From the human T2T-CHM13v2.0 reference genome, Homo sapiens: DNA of 64,000 nt. Shown piece after piece: positions 1 to 19,048 of this stretch (within the stretch, counting starts at the first letter, position 1; each line of letters starts with the position of its first letter). Made by a program: the position numbers and the translations under genes. Location of the stretch: the NCBI RefSeq assembly GCF_009914755.1, contig NC_060926.1; one strand, 5' to 3'. The notes beneath the pieces were generated by a model. It ran no database searches and was not told where the DNA came from. It saw only the letters and a list, made by a program, of their open reading frames with translations.

Positions 1-441
1 ATGATGGATAAGCATATAGGTAACATATATTCCATGTTCACTTTGGGCAGGGTTTTGGCATAAAAATCAGATGGAATTTGGTGCTTTATGTGAAAAGGTG
101 AACTAAAGCACACAAAGACAGTTTGTGTGCAGCTTCTGTAAGCTGGCTGAAACTGGCTTAAGGCTTAAGGTCTGAAGTAGCTTATTCAGGAAAGAATCTT
201 TGTAAGGCTGGTCTGCTGTGCAGTCAGGGCTGTAGTGGTTTGGATTGTAAATCTGAGTTAGGAGAGGGCTGATATCTCTTATTGTTAGGGAGTTTAGAGC
301 CTCAGGAATTTAGCAATTTGCCATGCTAGCTGGGTCCTGAACCCTCCACCAGTAGATAGACCCGTAGGTAACTTTGTTTCCTTAACCTTAGAACCTGTCT
401 TAGTTGATAAAAGTGTGTCTATTTTGGTCTTCCAGATCGCA
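1..441 (-). mobile_element. ERV1 LTR, MER34-like (cut by window start)
   Basis: Reverse complement GACCAAAATAGACACACTTTTATCAACTAAGACAGGTTCTAAGGTTAAGGAAACAAAGTTACCTACGGGTC resembles the MER34 5' end. Confidence 0.6.
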
Positions 442-555
442 AACCCAAGCATTACTGCGGTGAAGCTAGAAAGCCCCTGTCTGAGCTGTTTCTGCAACTG
501 ACTGCCTGGGTGGTACAGGGGAAATAGTTAAACCTCCCTGAAGCTAATTTTCTCA

Positions 556-719
<164 letters not shown>

Positions 720-1169
720 AAAATGAGAGCAATAGACTAGATCGCTTCCCAGCACTACCATTCTGGGATTCTGTAGTTCAGTGAAAAAGATCAAAGTCTC
801 CATAGAGGTAGAGGTTGCAAGGAGAGAGGCTGAATCCTCACTAAAGTTTTTCCAGTTCCAGTGATGGAGCTATTTTTAGATTTGATCAGGTTCTCTCATG
901 CATGTTGCATATTGTAGGACGGTTTTCTGGGTCAACCTTTCTCAAGTAAACTGTCACTTAATCTCTGGCCAGGACAGTTGCCCCGATAGAGTAACAGCTT
1001 TTCCCACACTAGCACTGGCTATTTTGAGATTGCTTTGCCCCAGGTATGTGACTGGACTTCAAAGAACCGTGATGTAGGGGTCCACACATCCTTGGCTTGA
1101 AAGGGGTATCCTGGAGGGCGTAGTTCTAGTCTATCATATGTGGAGTTTCTCCTCTGTCTTCTAAACATG

Positions 1170-1540
1170 CGTTCATTCAGTAGTTCTTTTCTTGAGTGCC
1201 TACTTTGTGTTAGGAACTTAGAATAAAATGGTGAGCAAAAATACGCAGGACCCTTACCATCAAGAAACTTTCAGTCTATCAGGGTAAAAGACATTAATCA
1301 AGTAATCATACACATTTTTTATTGCTAGTGTAAGAAGTGCTATAAAGGAAAAGTATAGGATGCCCGAAGAGTCTCTAACTGGGAGGTCAGAGAAGGCTTC
1401 CTTGGGGAGCTGCCGTTTGAACTAGTTTGAAGGATAAGGAGTAGTTATATAAATGCCAGGGGAAAGGAAAAGCATTCTTGGCAAGGGAAAGGTTATGGGC
1501 AGAGGTCTGGCAGGAGGAATCATGAAACTAAAAGGAACCA
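1170..1540 (-). mobile_element. L2 fragment
   Basis: TTGAGTGCCTACTTTGTGTTAGG and AGAGAAGGCTTCCTTGGGGAG resemble the L2 3' end. Confidence 0.55.
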
Positions 1541-1541
1541 T

Positions 1542-2170
<629 letters not shown>

Positions 2171-2202
2171 GAGCCAGAGTAAGAGCACAGAGATCAAGGC
2201 AG

Positions 2203-2776
2203 TGTCAGGAGGAAAAACTTCCTCTATCCTCTTAACGTTTAGTATCAAGGAATCCATGAATTAAACTGGCAAAAGACAGATCAACAGGAAGAAACATTTG
2301 TTTGTATGCATACAGGAGCTTACAAAAGAAGTAGCACAATAAATGATTTAAGTTAGAGGCTTAAATTCCTAACTTAGGAGGGAAAAGGGAAGGGAGAGAA
2401 AAGGTCTTTATCACAAGACCAAATGAGTTTCTTTAGAAAAGACAAATGGGTTTCTGCAAGAAGAAATGAAAGATAAAAAAAAATTTGTGATAATGCGTGT
2501 TCATGCAGATATGAGTGTTCTTTCCATTTTCTTCAGTGGCCATAAAAAGTTCCCCCAGAGTGGGGATTTATGTAGGTTTATTCTTGATCTCCTTCCTGGG
2601 AGTAAAAGCTGCCCTGAAGAAGGAATTTATGACAGCCTCATTTCCCAAAAGTTTCTGCTTTTAGTCAGATAAGGGAAGCTCTGAGAAGGCTTCTTTCTAC
2701 ACTGGTTGAGCCTCAAATGTCTTCAGCTTAAAATAATCTTCATGTTAACTGGGAGGTTCTAAGTGGGTCTCCACAG
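2203..2776 (-). mobile_element. ERV1-type solo LTR (MER31/MER4 group, subfamily uncertain)
   Basis: TG...CA bounded block with TGTCTTCAGCTTAAAATAATCTTCATG and GAATTTATGACAGC motifs. Confidence 0.45.
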
Positions 2777-3419
2777 GGGGCTGATGTAAAGTGATGCCAG
2801 AGAGGTACTGGCTAGACGATGGACAGCACAGCTCTGTTAGTTTCATGTTTTTCCTGAGAATAATGGGATGAATTAAAGCATTTTAAGCAGGAGTGCTGCA
2901 GGATTAGATTTTTATTTGCTGAACTTGGGGTGCATTGATGATAAACAGGCAGCTAGACGTGCCAGTTAGAACTCAAAGATAAGCTCTGAACATCCTTGTG
3001 AGTCATCTATGTATAGATGGTCATTATGGACCAGTGAGTGGATGAGATTGCATAAGGCAAAAATGTACAAGAAGATAATGTTCCTTTCCACCCATCTGTA
3101 GATTAAAAACAAACAACAACAACAAAAAAGAAAGAAAAAGAGAAGGTTTTAGGGAAGGAATGCTAGCTTTCAGGAACCAACCCATTTCTAGGTTTGCAGA
3201 GAGGACCTGTAAGAAATTATAACTATATTATTTGTATTACTTTATTGCAGCTCTAACCTTGGAATTATTTTATCTGACAAATTAAAAATCCTTGCCTTGG
3301 CTACTTTAAAGAAAGCAAAGGGACATAAAAATTCTTCAAAAATACAAAGTATTATAACATTGTTGCTGTGACCATACCATTGTTGGCTGAGGAGGGAAGG
3401 AAAGTAAAGGAGAGAAAAA

Positions 3420-3650
3420 TATCATTTATGTAAGCTTACTCATGTAGCAGCCTCTGTGCCAGCCAACTGGCATTATCAATCCACACTAGATCATAATAAG
3501 ATAGGTGCTATATCTCCACTTTACAGATGGGAAACTAAAGTGAGGCTCAGATAGGTAAAGAAATTGCCTAAAGTCTCATAGCTGGAATATAATAGAACTG
3601 AGATCAATACTCACATTCACACATCTGACACGGTGGCCTATGCTTTTTCT
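3420..3650 (-). mobile_element. MIR
   Basis: Core TTTACAGATGGGAAACT...GAGGCTCAGATAGGTAAAGAAATTGCCTAAAGTC. Confidence 0.75.
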
Positions 3651-4579
3651 TTAAAAGTTTGTTTTCTCCCCTACTGTGCAACCCCACTCTACTACACACA
3701 CAAGAAAAAGATTTTTCAACTCAAACCGTGCAACACAATATCAAAGAAATATCAAATATCCTAAGTCATAAAGGTGTGGCCTGGGCCACTTTTTCAGACT
3801 CCTCCAGACTGATAGAGCTGTTGCTCTGACACTAGGGAAATTAAGAAGCTTGTCGGCTTGGGTCCTTGCTGTTCCGCTTCTGGGCATGCAGTTTGGCAAA
3901 CAGTGTTATATTATTTATTGACTTGTAGATGTCATCACAGATTTTTTACAGGAAGGATTGGTGGCTGTTTCATTTAAAGAGTTAGAAATTTACAAAATTC
4001 CTCTCTCTGGGCCATGCAGATCAAATCCAATTCCGTCAAAGGAATTCCTGAGCTCAGCCAATCAAGACTTCTACCTTTCAACCGCTTTTCTTAAAATACA
4101 GGAATAATGTTCAATAGAACAGTGAGGAAAAATTTTGGACGGCAAAGGTGTGTAGTTGTTCGACAAATATATACTGGGAGCCTTAAATGCTGTGGAGGAT
4201 ACAAATATATCCAAGTCCAGTTCCTGCCCTCAAGGCCAACCTACCAGGAATTGCAAGTGAGGAAGGTCAGAGAGGTTAGAGTGACTAGGGTGTCACAGGA
4301 GAGGAGATGCTTGAAATTTGAAGAATAGGCATGGTTCAGATGGGTGCATAGGAGAACATTCCAGGCAGAGGGAATCACATGAACAAAGGCACAGGGTAAG
4401 AACTAAGAAGAACAGGTTTAGGAATAGGGACAGGACCTGCCTGAGTGTGCGTTGTTCCCCATGTTGGGGAACAATGGTTGGATATGTGGATTAGGGGCAC
4501 AGAATGGAGAGCATTGATTGCTGAGTCAACTTAACCCAGAGTTTCTCAACCTCATTGCTATTAACATTTTGAACCGGAT

Positions 4580-4906
<327 letters not shown>

Positions 4907-4967
4907 TGAGGGGAACAGGGAAACCATCTGTGCATTGTAGGATAGTTAACAGCCCACCCGATTTCTA

Positions 4968-5348
<381 letters not shown>

Positions 5349-5810
5349 TCTTCAGACATTGCCAAATGTCCCCTGGGGTGTAAAATTGCTCACTGGGTTG
5401 AGAGCCACTGGGTTAAGACATTGTGATAGTGTATGTGATGTGCATGTGATTTTTCTGAGTCAACAGGTCCTCTGTGAGCTGATTCGGTTCTTCCATATGC
5501 CATCAGGGCTCCTGTGCTCGTGGCCCTAGGACAGCGACCTGCAGCCCAAGAGAAACCATCCTCCTGTTGGACTTCTGGGCCCAATTGCGAATGGTTCCTT
5601 ACTCACCACCCACTACTTCAACATGCCTGGAAAATGCCACTAGGGGAGAAAGAACAGGTAAATACAGCAAGCTAAGGGTAACAAGGATGGTCTGGTCTCT
5701 GAGTAGAGATAAAACACCGAGAACAAAGATACAAGCAAAAACGTGGAAAGCTCTGAAGCAATTTATTATTAACATCAGTAGAGCCCAGTAGCAATGAAAC
5801 AACACATTGT

Positions 5811-6132
5811 GGCCAGGCACGGTGGCTCACGCCTGTAATCACGATACCTTGGGAGGCTGAGGTAGGAAGATCTCTTGAGCCTAGGAGTTTCAGATCAGCC
5901 TAGGCAACACAGTAATACTCTGTCTCTACAAAATAATTTAAAAATTAGCTGGGCGCAGGGATGCATTCCTGCAGTCCCAGTTACTTGGGAGGCTGAGGCA
6001 GGAGGATCACTTAAGCTGGAAGGTTGAGACTGCAGTGAGCCATAATTGCACCACTGCACTCCAGCTTGGGTGACAGATTGAGACTGTCTCCAAAAAAAAA
6101 AAAAAAAAAAAAAAAAAGGAAAGAAAAATAAA
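5811..6132 (+). mobile_element. AluJ
   Basis: Full dimer with A-tail. Confidence 0.9.
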
Positions 6133-6727
6133 GCAACATGTTGTGCTAGTCCCAGAGCTGGGCAGTGAAATTCTGCCCAATTAGGCCTGGCATTGAGCCA
6201 ACTAGAGCCCCTGATTAACACCAGTGAGGATGTTTAGAGAGGGTGACACATGTTTTCTTCTCCTCTATGCCAGGCAGGTTGTTGATATAAGTACACTGTG
6301 AAAATGTTTACCATTATTCTGCCTTCACCTAATTAGAGCTTTTGGACCACAAACTTTACCCAGAGAATTTGACATTCAGAATGGAATGTAAAAGTGCAAC
6401 ATTGGAATACAGCTTGTGTATAGCTGAGTGACCTCATGGAACTGAGGCTTCCATCTCCCTGCAAGCCTGCCTGCAACCTGTTCCCTTCTGGTTTTGTTTG
6501 GTTGACAAGGCTAGTGAAATACCCATGGTGGAGGCTCAGAATCTTTTTGCAATTTCCTATCCCTGGGATGTTTGAAAGGCTAAATCTCCATGATAAGGAT
6601 AGCTAGCATTTATTGAGTATTTGCTACCTTAAAAGATATTGCAATGTTGTGGCAAGTGAGGAAGCTGAGGCTTGGAGATGGTAGATGGTCTGCCAAGGAC
6701 ACACAAATCGTCAACTGTACAGTGAGA

Positions 6728-7030
6728 ATTTTTTATTTTTTTATTTTTTTAGACAGAGTCTCCCTCTGTTACCCAGCCTGGAGTGCAGTGATGCGATCTC
6801 AGCTCACTGCAACTTCTACCTCCTGGGTTCAACAATTCTCCTGCCTCAGCCTCCCGAGTAGCTGGGATTACAGGCATGCACCACCATGCCCGGCTAATTT
6901 TTGTATTTTTAGTAGAGACGGTGTTTTACCATGTTGGCCAGGCTGGTTTTGAACTCCTGACCTCAAGTGATCTGCCCACCAGGACCTCCCAAAGTGCTTG
7001 GATTACAGGCATGAGCCACCACGCCCGGCC
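6728..7030 (-). mobile_element. AluS inserted in a MIR
   Basis: TSD GTACAGTGAGAATTT. Confidence 0.92.
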
Positions 7031-7584
7031 GTACAGTGAGAATTTGAACCCAGTTCTGTATGACTCCTGAATCCTCTTAATTTCCACACTACATCAGTAT
7101 TCAACAGTCAGGACTGCCTACACAGGCTGCTTGATGGAGCTTCCCTGGCCTCCACAAAGAGAACCTCTCTCCATTAAGATTTGCTTTACATTAAGACTGG
7201 GACTTGCAGCACCTTGTCTGAGTCCCCTCCCTGACCAGCTTCCTTCTAGTAGCAGTTGTGAACTCAGTACTGCTTTCCTCTTACTCCAAAAAGTGCTGCT
7301 CTTTTCTTAAAAAAAAAAAAAAAAAAAAGTTTCTTCTGGTTATTTTTCACTGTAGAAGATTAAGAAAATCCTGAAAAGCACAGGAAGAAAATAAAATAAT
7401 CCATAATTACGAAATTGAGATAATCTTTTAAAACAGCTTGATATATTTCCTTCGTGTACAAGGTGTTTTTCAGAGGCCTGTGGATCCCAGCCCCTCCACC
7501 AGCTCCTGACTCATGAGCTTCTCCCGGAAGCTTCTCCCTTTACTCTCATGGGCAAAGACTTCCTCCCTCAATCCCTCAAAGTGA

Positions 7585-7927
<343 letters not shown>

Positions 7928-7945
7928 TATCCTGCCACCTTCTAG

Positions 7946-8362
<417 letters not shown>

Positions 8363-8667
8363 GATTACTCTTGTCTCCTGCTAAATCACAGACGTTTGGG
8401 GAGTTCCTTCAGGACCCCAATAAACTTGTCTGTGGAGGCCTGGGGAGTCTCTTCAGACCCCCAATAAAATTTGTTTAATCCTAAATGGATCCTGTTAAGA
8501 ATTCCTCCATTATTTTGTCACGCTTTAAGGCCCAGGAAAGGCCTAGGCAAAACTCTTGGTGGGCTTTTGTTACATTCCAGTCTTTGTATAAGGGCACTGG
8601 CCCTTTCAGCTTTTAATATTTAACTTAACTACTCAGTCAGTACTTTCACAGTTGTTATGGAAGCCTG
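8363..8667 (-). mobile_element. ERV1-type LTR fragment (subfamily uncertain)
   Basis: Internal near-duplicate GGGGAGT..TTCAG..CCCCAATAAA..TGT and LTR-like CAGTCAGTACT..CAGTTGTTATGGA. Confidence 0.55.
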
Positions 8668-10652
8668 AGGATCTTGCCACTGCGCTCTAGCCTGGGTGAC
8701 AGAATGAGACCCAGTCTAAAAAAAAGAAAAAAGAAAGAAAAGAATGTCCTGTATTCACACAACCACCACAGAACTGGACCTTCTTGAACAGTGCAGCATG
8801 GCTCATTCCTTCATTCTTTGATATCCCAACCCCTGCTCAGCATCTGCAGCATGGGGCACAGAGCAGGCACACCCTCCAATGCTGCTCTGTTCACTAGACG
8901 GCAGCTTTCTCCTCAGCCCTCAGTGTTCGGCTTGTGCACAGAAAACGTGAATCTAGATAATAAGAGCAAAGAACATCTCCACGGGACATAAGTAAACCAC
9001 CACACCCCACCCACCTCTATCAACCTTATCTGCTTACTTGGAGCTCTGATCTCTAACAGGCAATTAATCCTCCCTTGTGGAACTCAAAAGTCACCTACCC
9101 ATTCCCCAGGGAGCTGGGTGATAAGAAAGCGCAAAGTTTAGGATTACTCTTTGATAAGAGTCTTGCTTAAACAAGATCACATACAAAAGCCTGTCTGATC
9201 CCCACACCCTTCTCCCCTGGCTCCCCTCTCTCCTTTCTTCCTCTCTTGCTTGTAAGATTGCAAGATTGTGCAAGCCAACCCACAGACTTGGGCTCTGAAA
9301 GGCCTAATGCAAATTGCTTTTAGACACACACATTTCTTTCCCAGCCCTCTGTATTAGTCCACTCCCCACCCAGCAGGCCTCACCCTTACCCCCTACCTGG
9401 GAGTTGACGCTTGGGGCTCCCCTGGGAGCTGATTGCCCTGGTCTGCTCCTGGCCACTTCCCATTGGTGCTTGCTCATTTACATTTTAAAATTAGAGCAGA
9501 GTTCAACACTGTGGTTGGCTTTAGTGGCTCTATGAATTGTCCTACCCTGGTGAGAAAAATGCAGACAATATAGCCACCTGGGAAAACTTTGCTCCTAAAA
9601 TAGCGCAGCCCCCACAGCATTCTGGCAACAGGTTGCTCTGTGGTGAGTCTCTGGCTCTGGGCTGATAGAAACACCCGGGGATGTAAATAGCAATGAGAAA
9701 AGGCCACTTGTACCACGATGACGTTTCGTGTTGGCGGGTTCTACCCCCACCCCAACCCCACCTAAGTTCTCTATTTTTGTTTTGCTTAAACTTCAGCTCA
9801 CAGCATAAACACCCAGGGTTGAGGCTCCATTCTGCCCTAGAGCTGTGAGTGCAGGGTGAGGGGTTGTGGTGTCCTGTTCCTCCTACCATGTCCCAGCCCC
9901 TCTGTTTCAGTCTCAGCACTGTCCTCCCAGACCCTCCCTTCTGAAGGTCAGTTCCCTCTGCTGCAAAGTGGGAATAACAGCATTCGTTGGGAGGGTTGAA
10001 TGAGTTGACAAAACCCATGCCTGGCACAGTGCCCGCCTGTGGCAGGCTGCAGTGTCTCAGGCCATGATTAAGACAGGGTTGTGGCAGTGATGCAGGTGCA
10101 CACAGTGGTGAAGAAGCAGACGGTGGGGACCCTCTTGGCAGTCCCCGACCACACAGATGCATGGCAGGACCAGGAGGTGGGGGGCCTCAGGCTGAAACGG
10201 CCATCTCCCCAACTCCTCCTTGTTTGTCGGATTCCAGGCCAGCGCCTGGCAGCCCTTCGGCACAGAACTTCTTGTACATTCCACAGCAAGTGAAAGGGCT
10301 TTTGTCCCCACACAGGAAGAACAAATGACAAAGGCAATTGTGTGTCTCCCCACGGGCCCACACAGCAAGCTTGGGAAGAGAAAATTCTTTCCCCAAGAGT
10401 CCAGCTTTGCTGGAGCGGTTGCAGTCACAGATCAGTCAAACTGTGGCACAGCTCTGGAAGAGTGTGGCATCTGAGCTCCCACATGTGTGGCAGGGTGCTC
10501 ATCGCACGCCCAGCACACACACATGTGCACAAACTCCAACACATTGCTCCTGCCCAGACTAGCTGGGCAGTGCGTCACAGATGCTCTAGCTGCAGGGGCT
10601 CAGGAGGGCATCACACCCACCCCCTTCAGGAGGTTATGGCTTTATTATTCCC

Positions 10653-11016
10653 TGATATGGTTTGGCTGTGTCCCTACCCAAATCTCATCTTGAATTGTAG
10701 CTTCCATAATTCCCACGTGTTGTGGGAGGGACCCGGTGGGAGATAATTGAATCATGGGGGCAGTTTCCCCCATATTGCTCTCATGGTAGTGAATAAGTCT
10801 CATGAGATCTGATGGTTTTATAAGGGGAAACCGTTTTCGCTTGGCTCTCATTCCCTCTTGCCTGCTGCCATGTAAGACGTGCCTTTGCTCCTCGCCTTCC
10901 TCCATGATTGTGAGGCCTCCAGCCATGTGGAACTATGAGTCTATTAAACTTCTTTTTTTTATAAATTACCCAGTATGGGCATGTCTTTATTAGCAGCATG
11001 AGAACAGACTAATACA
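10653..11016 (+). mobile_element. THE1 (MaLR) solo LTR, THE1B/C-like
   Basis: TGATATGGTTTGGCTGTGTCC...ACAGACTAATACA; perfect 5-bp TSD TTCCC. Confidence 0.93.
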
Positions 11017-12259
11017 TTCCCCTTCCCAGGTGGGCCACAAAGGCCCAGAGGGTCCTACAACTCGCCATGGGTCTCACCGTGCTTGTCCTTTTCAGGCCTC
11101 ATGGCCCACACTGTGAAGAATGTTAGGCACTATCAGAGAAAGATCTGTTTTCAAGAAGTCTATCCTGAAGGCCCTTCAAACACATAGTCATTGAGGGCCT
11201 ATGAGAGGGTGGAGACTCCAGACTACCCACAGGAGATAAATTATACTGAAGAAATCATTCTCACTGGGACAGGATAGATCTCTCCTTTTACCATTTTTTT
11301 TCCATCCTTATTTTTCGTATTCTCTTGTAATTATCATAATAGGAAGCTGAGGGTTTGGAAGATTTTAAAATTTGTTAAAGGAAAAAACTTTTCTTATCAA
11401 ATGAAATTATTATGCATCACTTTATTGGACCCCATGAATGGAATGGAATAACCCAACCCATTTCTGCTGCAGACTTGGCTGCCAGAGCCCTTGGTTGCTG
11501 AGTTTAGTGATCAGTCACAGTAACCAGTTCGTCCCAGGTACATCTGGTGCTCCTAATAGATGTCTGGCCTGGCATCTGCTTTTATGTTTTGTGTCTTGTT
11601 GTATCTTGAACTTAAATTTCATAAGTGATCTTTGTGCTGTGCAAAAAACTTTCATTGGCCTAACAGAGTTGGGAAATCTAGATGTTATTCCCAGTTCTGC
11701 CTGACTGACCAGTTCCACCTTGAGCAAGACATTCCCTCTATCTGGGCCTCTATTTCCTCATTTTGAAACCTATCTGTGTCTCCCAGACTTTCCTGTAACA
11801 GAATAACCTTGAGTGTTTGTTAAATATACAAAGTCACAGGCCCCTTCCCTAAATCAGGGGTGGGGACAGGGAGCTGGAATCTGTATCTTTAAACCTAGCA
11901 TCCTGGTGGATTCTAATCATCTGGCAAGTTCAAAACATGAACACCAGATGGTTACCAAAGTACCATTCTATGCTATGATCTATAATTTATACAAATAATC
12001 TCTTAGAAGAAAGGAGATGAAGTTTGGTACAGATTTTGAAATCACGTGTCTTGTTCTTTACTGAATGTAGTTTATCATGATCCTCAGTTTTCATTTATAA
12101 ACACACACAAGGGGGAACATTTTGTATATTCCTTTGCAAGGTGAAAAACCCAACCCAGGTGCTTGTTCCTCCTGTGGCTTTCCACTGGATTTTTACCAGG
12201 GTTGGGCCCCCGACTCCTACCCGTGGAGGCTGTGCTTCCTAGGAAGCTCGATGCATGTT

Positions 12260-12622
12260 TCCCCAGACACCTGCATGACTCATTCCATCACCGCCCTCTC
12301 TTGGGTGTTGACTCAAACGTCAGCTTATCAGTGAGGACTTCCATGGGGCTAATATCACAGCTCCCTCTCCAACATTTCCTATCCTCCTCCCTACTTTGTT
12401 TTTCTACTTAGCGCTCATCACTATTTAACCCACTGGAAATTTTACTTGTTTATTTTGTTTGCCATCTGTCTCCCCAACTAGAGATAAACTCCTCAGGGAC
12501 TTCTCTCTGTTGTGTTCCCTGCTATAGCCCTCAATGCCTGAACTGAGACATAGTAGGTGCTCAATAAATATCTGCAGACTCAATGAATGAAATGCTTGCT
12601 GGATAAAGGAATGAATGAATGA
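12260..12622 (+). mobile_element. L2 3' end
   Basis: ACATAGTAGGTGCTCAATAAATAT followed by an (AATG)n tail. Confidence 0.75.
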
Positions 12623-13024
12623 ACTTCCTGGATTGGTGTAGGTATTTGACTGTCTGTACAGTCAGAGGGACAGCCCCTCTAATCCCAGGCCATGCTCCAG
12701 CCTTCTCACAACTGTGCTCCTGGCCTCTGGGCTCATGCACACACTGGTCACATCTGAACCCCATGACTGAGCTGCCCCTTAGGTAACTGCATATCCTCTG
12801 TCCTCAGTCTCTCTCTGTGGGAAAGCTGGGGGTTACATGGAGCTCCACCCCTGCTCACAGCACATCCCTTGATGAATGCTGACTGTATCCTTTCACCCCA
12901 GCTGCTCCCCACCCTTCTTACTCTCCCACTGGGACCACTGAGAGCTTGGTTGCCTTTGCTCCAGTAGGGGGCTGTCCAACACTCAGCCACACTCCTGAGC
13001 CTTTCTCTAAAAACAAAATTTTCT

Positions 13025-14247
<1,223 letters not shown>

Positions 14248-14707
14248 TTAACTTGAGTCTCTTGAGCTGGGGCCTAGAGAAACTGGTTCAAGTACTTGTG
14301 GCTCTTTGACCATAACTGGCCTAGGTCTTAATATGAGTGAGCATTTGAACTAGGAAAAAATGGGCACAAATACCCACTGCAGAAAGTTTATAACAAACAG
14401 GTAAACAAAAAGAAGAAAAACAGCTACAGCCAACACACAGAATGCTTACTAGTGCCAGCTGTTCTAAGGGCATTTACATTGACCAACTTGTTTAATCACA
14501 TCACAATCTGTAGAAGCAAAAAATTGCCCTGCTTCCAAAGTTAGCAAACATTTAGTATGCCATTGTCAGGAAAACAAAAACAAAATATTTTGCAACCCAA
14601 GATAAACCAAAACTAGCAGGTTCAACTCCAACTAGTTGTTGTACCCAGAATAATAAAACCTTGATTATTGTCAGTGAACTTTAGACTCCTTAACAAATAC
14701 AATTCCT

Positions 14708-15011
<304 letters not shown>

Positions 15012-15115
15012 CTAGTTTTTGTTATGCTGGTGTCTAAAGATGTCGTGGCCTTAGTAAATGTAGTAATCATGTGAGAAAGTCATTGTTTTTCATAATGGGC
15101 AGACAAATGTAAACT

Positions 15116-15571
15116 ATATTAGTTTCCCAGTTGCCATAACAAGTTAGCACAAACTTGGTGGCTTGAAACAACAGAAATTTACTCTCTCATAGTTCTGGAG
15201 ACAAGAAGTCCAGAATCAAGGTGTTGGCTGGGCCATGCCCTTCTGAAGTGTCTAGGGGAGGCTCCTTCCTTGCCTCTGCTGGCTTCTGGTGGGTGACTCC
15301 AGGCATTTCTTGTCTGTGGCCTCATCACTTCCATCTCAGCCTCTGTCTTCATGCGGCCTTCTCCTCTGTCGCCCTTGTCTTCTCCTGTTCTGCCTCTTAT
15401 CAGAACTCTTGTCATTGGATTTAGAGCCCATGTCAATAATCCGGGAGGATCTCATTTCAAGATCCTTAAATTAATTACATCTGCAAAGACCCTTTTTCTA
15501 AATAAGGTCACAGCTTCCAGGGCTTAAATCATGGGCGTATCTTTTCGGGGGCCACCATTCAACCGATTATA
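15116..15571 (-). mobile_element. MLT1C-like MaLR LTR
   Basis: TATTAGTTTCC...AAACAACAGAAATTTACTCTCTCATAGTTCTGGAG...CATCTGCAAAGACCC. Confidence 0.85.
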
Positions 15572-15652
15572 TTAGCTCTGGTGGTCTTGAGGGTTTGTTT
15601 GTTTTACTGAAATGCTACAGTTATGTTTTTATATTTGGAGGGTCAGTCCTGA

Positions 15653-16376
<724 letters not shown>

Positions 16377-16489
16377 TAAATGCCCAATGGCCCTGGCTCC
16401 ACCCTTCCTGTGCTCCCTCCCTTCCTGTGCTCCCTCCCTTCCTCCCTCCACCATCTCATTTTCATCCCGTTCCCATGCTACCCCTTAAA

Positions 16490-16712
16490 GTTAGGCCAAA
16501 GAGTTGTTAGAAAAACTATAGACTTCACCATCAGACAATCTGAATTTAATTCCTCACTAACTCTGTGAACTTGGGCCAATTATAAAATCCCTTTGAGCTT
16601 CAGTTTCCTCATCTATGAAATGGGGATAAAGATATTTAGCTGATATAATCATACTTGGTTGATAGGGTTGCTGTGCTAATTATTTAAATTAAAGGTACTT
16701 AATAAATGCAAG
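16490..16712 (+). mobile_element. MIR
   Basis: TGAGCTTCAGTTTCCTCATCTATGAAATGGGGATAA core. Confidence 0.75.
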
Positions 16713-16765
16713 TTCTACATTTTTCCTCGGAAAGAGTCTGCCCTTATTTAAGTCTCAGCATAAAT

Positions 16766-17454
<689 letters not shown>

Positions 17455-17484
17455 TACATTTTATTATTAAAAATCATCTTTTTT

Positions 17485-17772
<288 letters not shown>

Positions 17773-18010
17773 TATCTTTTCTTCGTTTTTACTACAAAAG
17801 CAAGGCATGTTAATTTGCTGAAAACCCAAAGAAGCAAAAAGAAAACATAAAAAACACCATAACCCTACCATCAGCATATTTACAATAAACAACGACTTGT
17901 TGAGTAGTATAAGCCAGAAAATGTGATCAGCCTATTATGTTATTTTTAAATTTAATCCTCACAACCTATAGATACTATTTAAATCACCATCCAGCATGTG
18001 ATTAAACAAG

Positions 18011-18318
<308 letters not shown>

Positions 18319-18429
18319 AACATATGATTAAACAAAATTTCAGAGAGGTTAGGTATCCTGCCCAAGTTCACACAGCCAGTGAGGAGCCCAGCTGGGATTT
18401 GCACCCAGGTCTGTCAACTTGAACTGTAA

Positions 18430-18760
<331 letters not shown>

Positions 18761-19048
18761 TATTTAGAGGTTTTCAGGAAGCTGAGAGGGTATTTGGGAG
18801 CCAAGAGCTGTTTCTGGGGCCCAGAAGTATCCATCTTTCAGCAGTCTCAGCTCAGGAGTTCCCTGCCTGGCTGGCTATCCCTGGCCATCCCCGGCTGCAC
18901 CCACCTGCCCGCCAGCCTTTCTCAGTTGCATCATCCTTACTGGCTGCAACTGCAATATATTCGCCTGTAGCCCTGTGGGGGCTACTACAGAACACAAACA
19001 GAGCCCTGGCTGGTGAGACTGCTGACACAAGAGCCAGAGGCTTTGCTC

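Noticed and set aside
9542-10162. Longest non-repeat ORF (206 aa, minus)
   Set aside because: No recognisable domain, low-information P/G/S/C/R composition, overlapping ORFs in several frames; consistent with a chance frame in GC-richer DNA.
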